Below, one piece after another: positions 29,742-42,249 of a stretch of 64,000 nt of DNA (position 1 is the stretch's first letter; each line of letters starts with the position of its first letter). The stretch covers positions 2,914,001-2,978,000 of the forward strand of contig NC_089430.1 in assembly GCF_026210795.1 (NCBI RefSeq), in the 5' to 3' direction. This DNA is from Rhizophagus irregularis. Taxonomy: Eukaryota. Both the position numbers and the translations under genes were made by a program. The notes under the pieces are model-generated. The model made no database searches. It saw only the letters and a list, made by a program, of their open reading frames with translations, and was not told the DNA's origin.

Positions 29742-32414
29742 TTACCAGTAATTTATATTATTAATTGCTGCTTCTAATGTAGCAGATACATCTATTTCTT
29801 CATCTGCTGTTTCCTCTGATTCTTCCTCTTCCTCTTCATTAATTTCGTCATCTAAATCATCCTGTGTAAGCGTATCTGTTCCTTTTTCAACTCTTTTTAA
29901 AAACGAATTTACATTTTCAAAAATACCTTTCTTATAAAAATTTTCACAATAAACACATCTTCTACCGTAACAAACTGGATGATAACCATGACCACAAGCA
30001 AAAACTACTCCATTATTGTTCAATGGTAGCCCACAATTATCACATAATCCTGACTTTGGTAAATAGGACGTACTGTATGCTGTTGGTAGGTGACGCAAGT
30101 CAACTTCCTTTCCTAAAGTAGCAAGTTTGTATCCTCTTAATTTTTTTTCTTTTTTTCTTGTATTATTGTACAAGGGAGTGCTATTATTTTGGTTATGAAA
30201 TATATTACGGAAGTAATTAAGTAGGAAGAGACTGGTCTTATCAGACAGGAATTTAAGTGTAGATAGATTGTACGAATAATTGCGAGTTTTGCGAAATGTA
30301 TCTTTAAAGATAGGATCATGATCCGCTATTTAAATTGTTAGGAATAAGTAACAAATAATATGTAATGAAAAATTAATATTATTATATTTATTATACCAAT
30401 AACATAAGCCTGTTTTATAATGGTTTCAGCTGTAGCATTTGAAGATGTATTTGCTCTTATTCGGCTATGAGTGTTTTCAACGTAATAGTCATTAAAACAT
30501 GGTAAATAATTTTTAATTGCATCAGCAAATGGGTGATGGTTATCTTGCCAATAAAATAAATCTGATAAAAATATAAGAGGCGCTTTATTATAATTTTTTC
30601 TTTTCCAACGTAAAGCAAATGTCCAAATACGAAACACAGTTTCCACATATTCTTCAAATGAACCTGAGCGAAATAAAACTGCATATACATCAAGTGTAGC
30701 TGGAATAAGATTGTCTAATAAGTCAATTACAGTTCGATATTCAACATCTTTGCATGTTGAACCAAATTTTTGCATAACCTCATTTTTAATTTTAACCCAA
30801 CCACTTCGCGCAAGTTCCAAGAGAAGGTTAATTCTCCAAGGCTTTGGTTTTTTTGCCAGCTTTTTATTTTTGCCAAATACAAAATGAAACATTTGTTCAA
30901 AAAAAGAATGATGAATTATCATAACATGTTCTCTACTATTGAGTGAAAGGTGAAGTGGACCTAGCATCGGTATAAAAGATTCAATTTCTTTTGGAATAGC
31001 AGATTGTAATCCTAATGCATGCAGATGTGTTAATGCTTTTCTGATAAACAGCTGACCTGGCCAATCTGCAACAATAGGTGCAACATAATTATCCAAATAT
31101 TCTGTTTTTCTACTTATAGTTAAAATCATTTGTAAAGCATTCAAGTAGTCCTGCATTGAATGTAAATGCTGTTCTTTAAAGCCAATTAATTGAAGATCTT
31201 TCATTGATCTTTCATCCTTTCGCTCTGCAATAGCATCATCATAACAATGAATAGTTAAAAGTTCAATACGATCAAAAGTATTAGCGTTTTGATATCCTTG
31301 TGAAATCCAATATATCTGACGTTCTGTATATGTGATATCAAAGTTTCCAGTATATTTGTTGCTAAATACCAACAAATTCTTGGTGCTTGAACATTATTTG
31401 GATTGTGAACAGATACTCCATTAAATACAATTGGTACTGCAAAGCATTCCATAACAGGTTTTGCTACGCAAGTAGAAAAATGCTTTGCCGTTGATGTTGT
31501 CACTGTATCTGGTCTACGCTTTTCATGAATGTCGCTGATAATCATCTATGTTATAAATATGCAGGCAATCTCCCTATTACAAATAAAAAAAATCAATTTT
31601 ACAATACATAAAGCATAAACCACTTTTTTAATAATGTTTACCTTTTCCAAAAAGTGATCTTCAATCTTGGTTATGTGATTCAATTGAATCTTCTTCTGAT
31701 AGTCCATAACTGTTTTAGCACAAGCTGAATATCCAATACTTGATAATGTATCAATAGCTTCCCATGTAGCACCTGATGCTACCAAATACAATCCAACTTC
31801 TGTCTTGAATTGGTTAACGAATTTGTTACGCAAACCAGCAATTATATAACATAGAGCAACAATTGATTTTTTGGCTTCCTGTTTATTATATTCTGATCGG
31901 TCTTTAGGAATAATAGCATTAACCATTGAAGGAAAGAATCCTTTTAATTCGGGATTAGCATCTTCAATCATAAGTTGAAATTGTACTGGATCCAATTCCA
32001 AACCAGCAGATTCTCGACGTTATTTGTTGAATAATACAGTTGTTAATATTTTGATATTTGATGCGAAAGTGGGATCTCTATACAAAGCTAAAGAGATATA
32101 AGTTAACCATTTAAAAAGAAGTCTTTCAGCTAGTAACAATTATTTTGAGATACCTTCTTCTTCATTTGTGACTTTCTTCCTACTGCATTCTTGGCTTTTT
32201 AACCTTCTTTTTTATTTCTATTTCTATTAGATTCCACTATTTTGCAATAATGTAAATGGCAAAGTTGTTTTCCTATTTCAAGATAAGGGTATGTTTCTAA
32301 TGTATTTTCCTTTTGGCATTTCTGGTATGCAAGTTCTGTAATTAAACGAAAACTAACATTTCTATATGTACAATTATCTACTGAGCAAGGTCCAAAATTT
32401 TTTTTCGTTACCAT
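29742..32414 (-). pseudogene. Academ/DUF6589-like transposase, copy 1 (THAP-like finger, DDE-like core, C-terminal RING and acidic tail)
   Basis: CSVDNC...LCHLHY; YNIDD, VADWPGQ, GPLH, VENTHS; CDNC...CGHGYHPVC...CVYC; introns. In-frame TAA at 32020-32022 plus a few small indels. Confidence 0.75.
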
Positions 32415-32584
32415 GATTAATAGATTAATAATTAGTCCCGTGACAAGTTAGATAAAACAAGTAATAAAACCTGTTTATAAGTAAAACACGTGAGCACGCG
32501 TAAAGCACATTTTGGGATCTAGCCAATCACAGTCTTTACAAAACATTTAAATTGTGGCCAATCAGGGGGAAATTCCGTTATGCT

Positions 32585-35386
32585 GCTCAGTAGATAATTG
32601 TACATATAGAAATGTTAGTTTTCGTTTAATTACAGAACTTGCATACCAGAAATGCCAAAAGGAAAATACATTAGAAACATACCCTTATCTTGAAATAGGA
32701 AAACAACTTTGCCATTTACATTATTGCAAAATAGTGGAATCTAATAGAAATAGAAATAAAAAAAGAAGGTTAAAAAAGCCAGAATGCAGTAGGAAGAAAG
32801 TCGCAATGAAGAAGAAGGTATCTCAAAATAATTGTTACTAGCTGAAAGACTTCTTTTTAAATGGTTAACTTATATCTCTTTAGCTTTGTATAGAGATCCC
32901 ACTTTCGCATCAAATATCAAAATATTAACAACTGTATTATTCAACAAATAACGTCGAGAATCTGCTGGTTTGGAATTGGATCCCAAGTACAATTTCAACT
33001 TATGATTGAAGATCGCTAATCCGAATTAAAAGGATTCTTTCCTTCAATGGTTAATGCTATTATTCCTAAAGACCGATCAGAATATAATAAACAGGAAGCC
33101 AAAAAATCAATTGTTGCCTACGTTATATAATTGCTGGTTTGCGTAACAAATTCGTTAACCAATTCAAGACAGAAGTTGGATTGTATTTGGTAGCATCAGG
33201 TGCTACATGGGAAGCTATTGATACGATTATCAAGTATTGGATATTCAGCTTGTGCTAAAACAGTTATGGACTATCAGAAGAAGATTCAATTGAATCACAT
33301 AACCAAGATTGAAGATCACTTTTTAGAAAAGGTAAACATTATTAAAAAAGTGGTTTATGCTTTATGTATTGTAAAATTGATTTTTTTTATTTGTAATAGG
33401 GAGATTGCCTGCATATTTATAACATAGATGATTATCATGACATTCATGAAAAGCGTAGACCAGATACAGCGACAACATCAACGGCAAAGCATTTTTCTAC
33501 TTGCGTAGCAAAACCTGTTATGGAATGCTTTGCAGTACCAATTGTATTTAATGGAGTATCTGTTCACAATCCAAATAATGTTGAAGCACCAAGAATTTGT
33601 TGGTATTTGCTTAACAAATATACTGGAAACTTTGATATCACATATACAGAACGTCAGATATATTGGATTTCACAAGGATATCAAAACGCTAATACTTTTG
33701 ATCGTATTGAACTTTTAACTATTCATTGTTATGATGATGCTATTGCAGAGCGAAAGGATGAAAGATCAATGAAAGATCTTCAATTAATTGGCTTTAAAGA
33801 ACAGCATTTACATTCAATGCAGGACTACTTGAATGCTTTACAAATGATTTTAACTATAAGTAGAAAAACAGAATATTTGGATAATTATGTTGCACCTATT
33901 TGCTGGTAACATTGGCTGGGTCAGCTGTTTATCAGAAAAGCATTAACACATCTGCATGCATTAGGATTACAATCTGCTATTCCAAAAGAAATTGAATCTT
34001 TTATACCGATGCAGGTCCACTTCACCTTTCACTCAATAGTAGAGAACATGTTATGATAATTCATCATTCTTTTTTTGAACAAATGTTTCATTTTGTATTT
34101 GGCAAAAATAAAAAGCTGGCAAAAAAACCAAAGCCTTGGAGAATTAACCTTCTCTGGAACTTGCGCGAAGTGGTTGGGTTAAAATTAAAAATGAGGTTAT
34201 GCAAAAATTTGGTTCAACATGCAAAGATGTTGAATATCGAACTGTAATTGACTTATTAGACAATCTTATTCCAGCTACACTTAATGTATATGCAGTTTTA
34301 TTTCGCTCAGGTTCATTTGAAAAATATGTGGAAACTGTGTTTCGTATTTGGACATTTGCTTTACGTTGGAAAAGAAAAAATTATAATAAAGCGCCTCTTA
34401 TATTTTTATCAGATTTATTTTATTGGCAAGATAACCATCACCCATTTGCTGATGCAATTAAAAATTATTTACCATGTTTTAATGACTATTACGTTGAAAA
34501 CACTCATAGCCGAATAAGAGCAAATACATCTTCAAATGCTACAGCTGAAACCATTATAAAACAGGCTTACGTTATTGGTATAATAAATATAATAATATTA
34601 ATTTTTCATTACATATTATTTGTTACTTATTCCTAACAATTTAAATAGCGGATCATGATCCTATCTTTAAAGATACATTTCGCAAAACTCGCAATTATTC
34701 GTACAATCTATCTACACTTAAATTCCTGTCCGATAAGACCAGTCTCTTCCTACTTAATTACTTCCGTAATATATTTCATAACCAAAATAATAGCACTCCC
34801 TTGTACAATAATACAAGAAAAAAAGAAAAAAATTAAGAGGATACAAACTTGCTACTTTATAAAGGGTTAAGTTGACTTGCGTCACCTACCAACAGCATAC
34901 AGTACGTCCTATTTACCAAAGCCAGGATTATGCGATAATTAAGTGGCTACCATCGAACAATAAATTGTTAGCTTCGCTGCTGGGCCATTTTCGTTATCAT
35001 CCATTGCTACTTTAGGAAAGGAAGTTGACACGTCAGCCTACCAACGGCATGCAATACGTCACTATTTACCGAAGTCAGGATTATGTGATAATTGTGGGCT
35101 ACCATTGAACAATAATGGAGTAGTTCTTGCTTGTGGTCATGGTTATCATCCAGTTTGTTACGGTAGAAGATGTGTTTATTGTGAAAATTTTTATAAGAAA
35201 GGTATTTTTGAAAATGTAAATTCGTTTTTAAAAAGAGTTGAAAAAGGAACAGATACGCTTACACAGGATGATTTAGATGACGAAATTAATGAAGAGGAAG
35301 AGGAAGAATCAGAGGAAACAGCAGATGAAGAAATAGATGTATCTGCTACATTAGAAGCAGCAATTAATAATATAAATTACTGGTAA
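32585..35386 (+). pseudogene. Inverted, 5'-truncated copy 2 of the same transposase
   Basis: Near-identical reverse complement of 29742-32387 starting at the inner TSD; same TAA at 32949-32951; many 1-bp indels, some probably consensus errors. Confidence 0.8.
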
Positions 35387-36081
35387 TAATAGTAGTAACA
35401 GGTAAGAATTAAACTTTTTGTATTATATAATAATAAATAATAAATCATTGACAATTTATAATACCAAACCTATCATATGTCAACTGCCAAGTAAATTATC
35501 AAATACGTTCGATATTACTAAATTTTATTGCTTGTGTTTTGTGAAATTGTATGTAAACAACTATAATGTCATATGGTATAATAATAAGCAAAAGTCCTGT
35601 CTAAGTAAACTTTCGCAAACTAAGAGATCTTAGAGATCTCATTAGTTATTATGTTAGAGTAGTATTTAAAGAATATACTGATAAAATTTCAGAGTATATG
35701 GTCGCGTCCTTCATGTGTTGCAAATATGACCATTGTAAATCTTATATATATACTATTGTATACGCTGTATAAATAGTTTGTGTAACAATAGATCAAAATG
35801 GGACTTCTGTTATGCTCTACTGAGCAAGGTCCAAAATTTTTTTTCGTTACCATGATTAATAGATTAATAATTAGTCCCGTGACAAGTTAGATAAAACAAG
35901 TAATAAAACCTGTTTATAAGTAAAACACGTGAGCACGCGTAAAGCACATTTTGGGATCTAGCCAATCACAGTCTTTACAAAACATTTAAATTGTGGCCAA
36001 TCAGGGGGAAATTCCGTTATGCTGTTTAAATTATTCTCTCTCTCCTTCTCAATTTTTCAGCCAGAAAGTAAGAATGTTTGC

Positions 36082-36180
36082 CAAAACTATTTTTTTAAAA
36101 TTTTAGTTTAGTCAAAATTTAATCTAAAACTATTTTTTTAAAATTTTAGTTTAGTCAAAATTTAATCTAAAACTATTTTT
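36082..36180. repeat. Short tandem duplication (~44 bp, about 2.3 copies)
   Basis: aaaactattttttttaaaattttagtttagtcaaaatttaatct repeated. Confidence 0.8.
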
Positions 36181-36944
36181 TATAATAAATTTAATTGTTA
36201 AAACTGTTTTTATGTTTTTCTGAAACTAATTATAATTTAGGAAAGTTTCAGATTTACCAATTTTTTCATTAAAAATAAAGTTTTTGAGTTCAGATTTTTG
36301 AATTTTATCGTTAAATAAATTTCAGCAGCAATATTAGTATACATATTGCTCAACACATTGTTATACAGTATACTAATGATTATTAAAAAAAATGGAAAAT
36401 ATTTTAAAAAACTGAAATCAAAAGTATTTAAAACACAGTCATATGATCATATAATATAAATCACAAAATTGCCAAAAAAGCATTAATTATTCTTAGAAAT
36501 AAAATAGGTATCTAAATTTACTTATTAAAATTAATCTAAGGTTTATATAATTTAATATATTTTTGTACTATAACTAATATCTTTCCCTACAATCTCTATC
36601 TTTACCATTTTTAGTACTTCTATCTTTATTTTTTTTATGAAAGTTGTCTATCCTTTCCTTTTTCATCTTAATACTATGATACTTCTTAAGTTCTATTAAA
36701 ATGACTGTTTTAGTACTAAGTTTCTTTAGCTGTTTTCTCATTTCATTTTGAAAAATATTTCCATCTTATTACTTCTTTCATCCTCAATCTGTAAAAATGT
36801 TTAGTCTTTTTTTTTTTTTTGCTTTCAAAAATAATTAATTTTTATAACTACCTATTCTGGTAAAGTGTATTATTTTAATGAAGTCAATAGATTTTGTAAT
36901 AGATCTTTATTTAGTAAATTTTCTTTAAATTTTTGTCTGTAGAT

Positions 36945-37558
36945 AACAGGACAAATATCTTTATATCATCTTACTAATCATTTGCTAATCTTATAGTAAA
37001 TTAGGTAATATTAGACTTTAAAGTTTTAGTCGAAGTTACAGAAGTTTATTAGCTGAAGCTTGAAACTTTTATGGATCATAGTTTAACTGATTTAAAATCA
37101 ATAGCCAAAGTAATTATTTCTAATTTTAGGTAATTAAGAAGTTATGGTTAAATTTATATTTGCAATTATATTTGTTATAATCTATATAATAAATAAAAAT
37201 TTTCAAAATGCAATTTCTCAATCAATTTGACGTAAAAAATTTATGAAATTTTTATTAAAATATTTGTCTTGACAAGATGAATCTAAAAAGCTATAAAGCA
37301 TTTAAAAATTTTAATCACTGGTTGTCACAATATCATTAAAATAATTTAATTTTTTAATTATTATTAAAATTCAGCCCATTTTTGGGTTTTAGTGATTTGA
37401 AAATATTAATTTTCAGGCTTTAGATAAATTTTAATAACAAATAAAATTTATATAATTAAATTTGCAAAAAAATGGTATTTTTTATAAAATAATATTAAAA
37501 TAGATGATTGGCAAAATAATTGGCAATAATATAACAATATAAGGATGTCTATCCTGTT
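36945..37558. mobile_element. MULE-like MITE
   Basis: Perfect 9-bp TSD tctgtagat; TIR aacaggacaaatatctttatat / atataaggatgtctatcctgtt; absent from copy 1 (~17455). Confidence 0.85.
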
Positions 37559-37844
37559 TCTGTAGATGGTATAGACTATAGATATTGCTATTATTAGGCC
37601 AGAAAGTATGGATCTCCTCTTATTATCATTTATGGATATCCAATATTCTTGATCAGAATATTTCTTTTCTTCCCATAAATAATCCAAGTTTAGTTTACGT
37701 TAATTATAGTATTGTCCTTTCTGATAGCTACATCTAATTGTTCTTTATCTTTAATATATTAAGACTATTTTTTTTTTTAAAATATACCATTTTTCATACT
37801 TAAAAATATAATCTTCTTTAATTATATTTTATATATAATTTATA

Positions 37845-37999
37845 TGGATTCTTTGCAATAGAAAGGAAGAAAATTACCAAAAAAATTAAATTTATATTTA
37901 TATATTAAAAATGTTTCAAATATTATAATTTATTCAGAATTAATATTAACTAAAAAAGTTTTTTTTTAGCAGTTTCCTTTCTTTCTATTGAAGAACCCA
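37845..37999. mobile_element. TA-flanked MITE
   Basis: tggattctttgcaatagaaag ... ctttctattgaagaaccca; absent from copy 1 (~19258). Confidence 0.7.
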
Positions 38000-40463
38000 T
38001 ATATATTATTTTATAAGTCTTTTATTTACATTTTTTTTTTTATAGCTTTGGCTGTATAAAAACTAAAAAACCAATGAATTTGTATAACTTTTTTATTTTT
38101 TTCATTATTTCCTATATTAATGTCTATTTTTCAAGAACTTTTAATATATTGATCATTATAATATGATTAATAAATTTATATTAGTGTATACTAATTGGTA
38201 TTTGTGATGTTTTTTAATGAACATATAGTTTTTTTTATTAATTTAATATAAAAAATACATTAATATTAATAGTTTATTTTTTTTGTATTTTTTGTAGAAA
38301 TGCCGGTTAGATGAACTGTATTTTAAGAACGCAATGCCTATAGATACAGTTGTATTTTCAAATGAAATTGTAAATGAAGTATTATCAAAACTGGAGATTG
38401 AATAAAAACCAGTTGACAAAAATTTTCAAAATTATACATCTTCAGGTAATGCAATACTTATAAACACATATAACTTTTTATAAATAAATCAGATATTAAA
38501 TAAGAGCTCTTTAATAAAGATTCTCAGAATTGTGCTTCATCAGATGATATAAAGCCCATAGATACATTTGTCCCTTCAAATGAAATTGAAAATGTGGAAT
38601 TAAAAATCAAATATTAAGAATCTGAAAATTCTGAAAATTCTGAAGATTTGAAATTAAAAGAAATTTAAAAAGAAAAAAACAAGTAGAAAAAAATAAAAAA
38701 TAACTTAATTTCAACATATTTTTATATGCAAAATTATGTTCAAATTGTAAAAAAAGTTAATTTTTCTTTGATCAAAAGAAAATCATGCATTTTAAGTCCT
38801 GTTGTAATTTTAAGAAATGTTAGATAGAAGAACGAGAATTGACAATAATGATAGAGGTAGTAAACTATAAATGAAACATTTATTAATATTTGTTTATTTT
38901 CTTTTATAAGTTTTGTATGGTCATTTTTCTTTTACATGGGTTTTCAGAAACATTTCAAAGGTAAAAGTCCTTTGATTTTTTTTATTTTTTGAATGAAATA
39001 TTAATAATTAATATTTCATTCTTCTTTTTTTAGGTTCCAGGCATAGGTTTTTTTGGGACATTTCAAAAGTAAAGTAAATGAGGATTTCAGGCAAGTTTTC
39101 TTTGCATTTTTTAATGAAACATTATTTTATTAATATTTCATTTTTATTTTGTAGGTTCTTGGATGACTCTTTACGTAAAATTTCATTGGATAACTTTTTT
39201 ATTTTATTTTATTAATTTTATACATAGTTTACATTAGATAGTTACAGTAATAGTGATAAATACAATTATACAATTTGTAAATACAGTAATTAAATAATAT
39301 TAATAAAACGTAATGCTTTATATAAAATTATATTAATTTACACGTTTTTCTATACTTAAAATATGTTGTTAAATAGTGTTGTTGCTATATGCCATTGCTC
39401 AACACCTAAATTGAGTTGTACGACGTATTTTTAAATGCCATCAGTTGAGGTTTGTAACACTTTTTGGCCTGATGTCTGTCAACATATTCAACGCCCTAAA
39501 ATTTCCTGATATAATCATTTTAAAGTGATATATTTTCGAAATTTAGTTTAAAAACCTGAACAAGTACATGAAAAACAAAAAAATACTTTACTATTTAGTA
39601 ATCAAACAAATTTTACACTTTGTTTTGCATGATTAACTGAGATGTTAAAGCAGCTGAAAAAGAACAAAAAAATATTATTAATTATTGTAATTTCTCCTCT
39701 ACTAACAGATGATACTTCTTTTCAACAATCACAAATAAATAGAATTTTAATTACGATTATCTATCAAAAAAAAATAATCAATCATTTCCTTTTATTCTAC
39801 TAGCAAATGGATCTCCTACACATTCCCACTTTTTAAAAATTCTACAGACTTTGTTAACAGTAGCTTCACTAATATACATCTTTTAGCAAATTCTTTCTGT
39901 GTAAAACCTTCAGCCTGACAGTAAATAATTCGCCATCTTAATTAAACTTTTTTCCATTTCAATCTAAAATTATTTTAGTAAGTTTTAATGTTAATATAAT
40001 TTGATTTGAAAGAATATTCGTTATTACTTATTTAAAGGAAAAAAACCAGTCTAAAAACTTATATGAAATTCGCAAATTTTTTATATAGTGAAGATCGCAC
40101 CATTTTGCAAAACGGCGATAAAAAGAAACGAAAAGAAATCAACCCACTTCACTATACTACAATTGTTATAATAGCAATATTAATTTTTAATAAAGATGGT
40201 ATTTATAGTTAGAGCTTTATAGAACATAAAAATACTGTCTGTAACAAGAATACTGAAGCTTAGTATTTATTTAAAATGAAAGAATCAGAAGCAATTAATA
40301 ATTCATGGAAAAGAAAAGAATTATGCTTTAAGAAAAAAAATCAGCATTATGTCTTACTAGCCTCTACTTTTAAAAAGTGGATTATACTTTTGAGATACAA
40401 TTATGATCTTCTAATTCTACTTTGAGTATTGATAAGAAGCAAAATTATGTTTCAAAATATATT

Positions 40464-40988
40464 TCAGTAATTTTGAAACACATCAGAGCTTTTTACGCCT
40501 ATATCTTTGTAATTATACAAAAATTTTAGCGGTTCATAATGATAAGACATGTACAATTTACCACTACCACCCAAGTATATCATTGCATTAGTGTCTTCTA
40601 AACCAATACAAACAATTAAGGTCTCCCCATATTCTTTTAACTCTTCTCCATAAATATAAGTTGGTATTGATCCAAAGAGATTAAATCCTCGCACATAACC
40701 ATCTTTATCAACATCTAATGGAATATAAGCACAAGGATACTTCGCACAAAGTTCCTCAATTTTTGATTCCTTTTCATCATCCGACTCTAGTGATTCAAGT
40801 TCAAGCTGACGAAATTGGTTAAGTACCTCAATAGTACGTTTACAAAACCTGTCAGCATCGTTTTCTTTTCTCCAAAAATTATCAGTATACGCTCGTGGAG
40901 CTGGTGGCAGATCAGTGAACAAATCATTTTTAGATTTATCACTATTGGGCTTGGGATGTGTTTCTGGCTTTGGATGTGTCTGTCCCAT
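40464..40988 (-). CDS. 174-aa SUKH/US22-like protein; copy 2
   Basis: About 99% identical to 26750-27274 (4 amino-acid changes). Confidence 0.7.
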   Translation of the reverse strand: MGQTHPKPETHPKPNSDKSKNDLFTDLPPAPRAYTDNFWRKENDADRFCKRTIEVLNQFRQLELESLESDDEKESKIEELCAKYPCAYIPLDVDKDGYVRGFNLFGSIPTYIYGEELKEYGETLIVCIGLEDTNAMIYLGGSGKLYMSYHYEPLKFLYNYKDIGVKSSDVFQNY

Positions 40989-42249
40989 TTTTTTTGTGAA
41001 GAGACTTTTCTAGTCAAAATGATATTACCGTTTAAAATTATAAATATAGTCATTTACTCATTGTTGTCTAAAGTAAGTAGTAAATCTTTTATTCCGTTTT
41101 TGGCAGTGTATTTTGCATAAGTAATAATATTTCGTGGTACGTCATTATATCACAGGAACATTCTTGAACATAACGATTTTAGATCAAGTTAACGTAATTT
41201 TCCCTTCCAAAATCGATTTAGATCCGCTACAAATCATATAAAAAGGTGAGGCTCTGGTTGGTGAATTCTTTATCTATTTTATATAATAAAATAAAAATAG
41301 TATTACCTCCATTTTTTTTTTACTTTTTTTTACTTATTTTTTTCTGAAACTAGAGGAAGTAAACTCAATTTGTCACCACCACTTGGTCTGTACATGAATA
41401 GATTTGAGAAAAGTTCACTTTTTCAGAGATTAGCCACCACTTGGCTTGGCTGCACGAAGTCTGTCAGGAACTCTTGTAAAAAAATTTAAAGAATATCGAT
41501 ATTTACAGTATATGTCCTTACATATATCAGTATATTTTATTTTTTATTTTTATTTTTCAAAGTTAACAAAGTAACTGTGAAAATTACAAACTCAGTTTGA
41601 ATGATATCAAAAAGATAAGTCATGTGAGTTCACTGACAATCATAAATCACGAAGTTCAGCTTATTTTTTGCGCATAATTTTCATGCAACAAAAATAAACA
41701 TTTTCACGTCATTTTTTTAATCAAATAGTTACTCCAAAAGTTATACTTTTTTCAATATGGAACTTACAGACGGTTATACGATATTGAGTATGATATATAC
41801 TTCTGGTGTTGTGTAGTATAATTGACAAAAATCTATACAGTGTTTTTATCTATACCTTATAATTTTTTATCTATACAGTATAATTTTTATTTATGCAGTA
41901 TAGTTTTTATCTATACAGTACACTATATTATACAACATCGGAGGTATATTATCACCCAAAGTATGAAAGTTAAATATGGATAATCTTATCATTTTTTTTG
42001 CAGATCTAACACGTAACTTTTTGTCTTTCTGTTTTAAATAGATACATAAGTATTTCAAACAAAAATTATCTGAATGGAATATTACTGGGTTCCTCAATGA
42101 ATGTGACATAAAAGAGTTTAGAAAAAAGATAAAACATTATTATTTCATCATTTGAGAGTATTGCAAATAACAATGAAGAGGAAGAATGAAGACACAACAA
42201 CTGATTGATAGCTACAGACAGGCAAGTATAAAGTTTTTATGTGATTGGA

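Larger units (their letters stand above)
29320..36023. mobile_element. Academ/DUF6589-like TIR transposon locus with self-insertion (unit element 29320-32584)
   Basis: Outer TSD gtttaaatt (29311-29319 / 36024-36032). Termini agcataacagaagtccc (L) and gggaaattccgttatgct (R). Inner TSD ctactgagc at 35817-35825 and its complement at 32585-32593. Confidence 0.88.
36333..41770. repeat. Segmental duplication copy 2 (paralogous to 13806-28110)
   Basis: Collinear match including the 174-aa gene and the Tc1 remnant. Confidence 0.9.

Noticed and set aside
32554..32841. ORF MANQGEIPLCCSVDNC as a separate gene
   Set aside because: It is a chance fusion of the R-end TIR with the inverted transposase, and its start codon is GTG.
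29320..36023. The large inverted repeat as a pure fold-back assembly artefact
   Set aside because: Breakpoints coincide exactly with element termini and a new 9-bp duplication, which a random chimera would not produce. Read-level confirmation is still needed.
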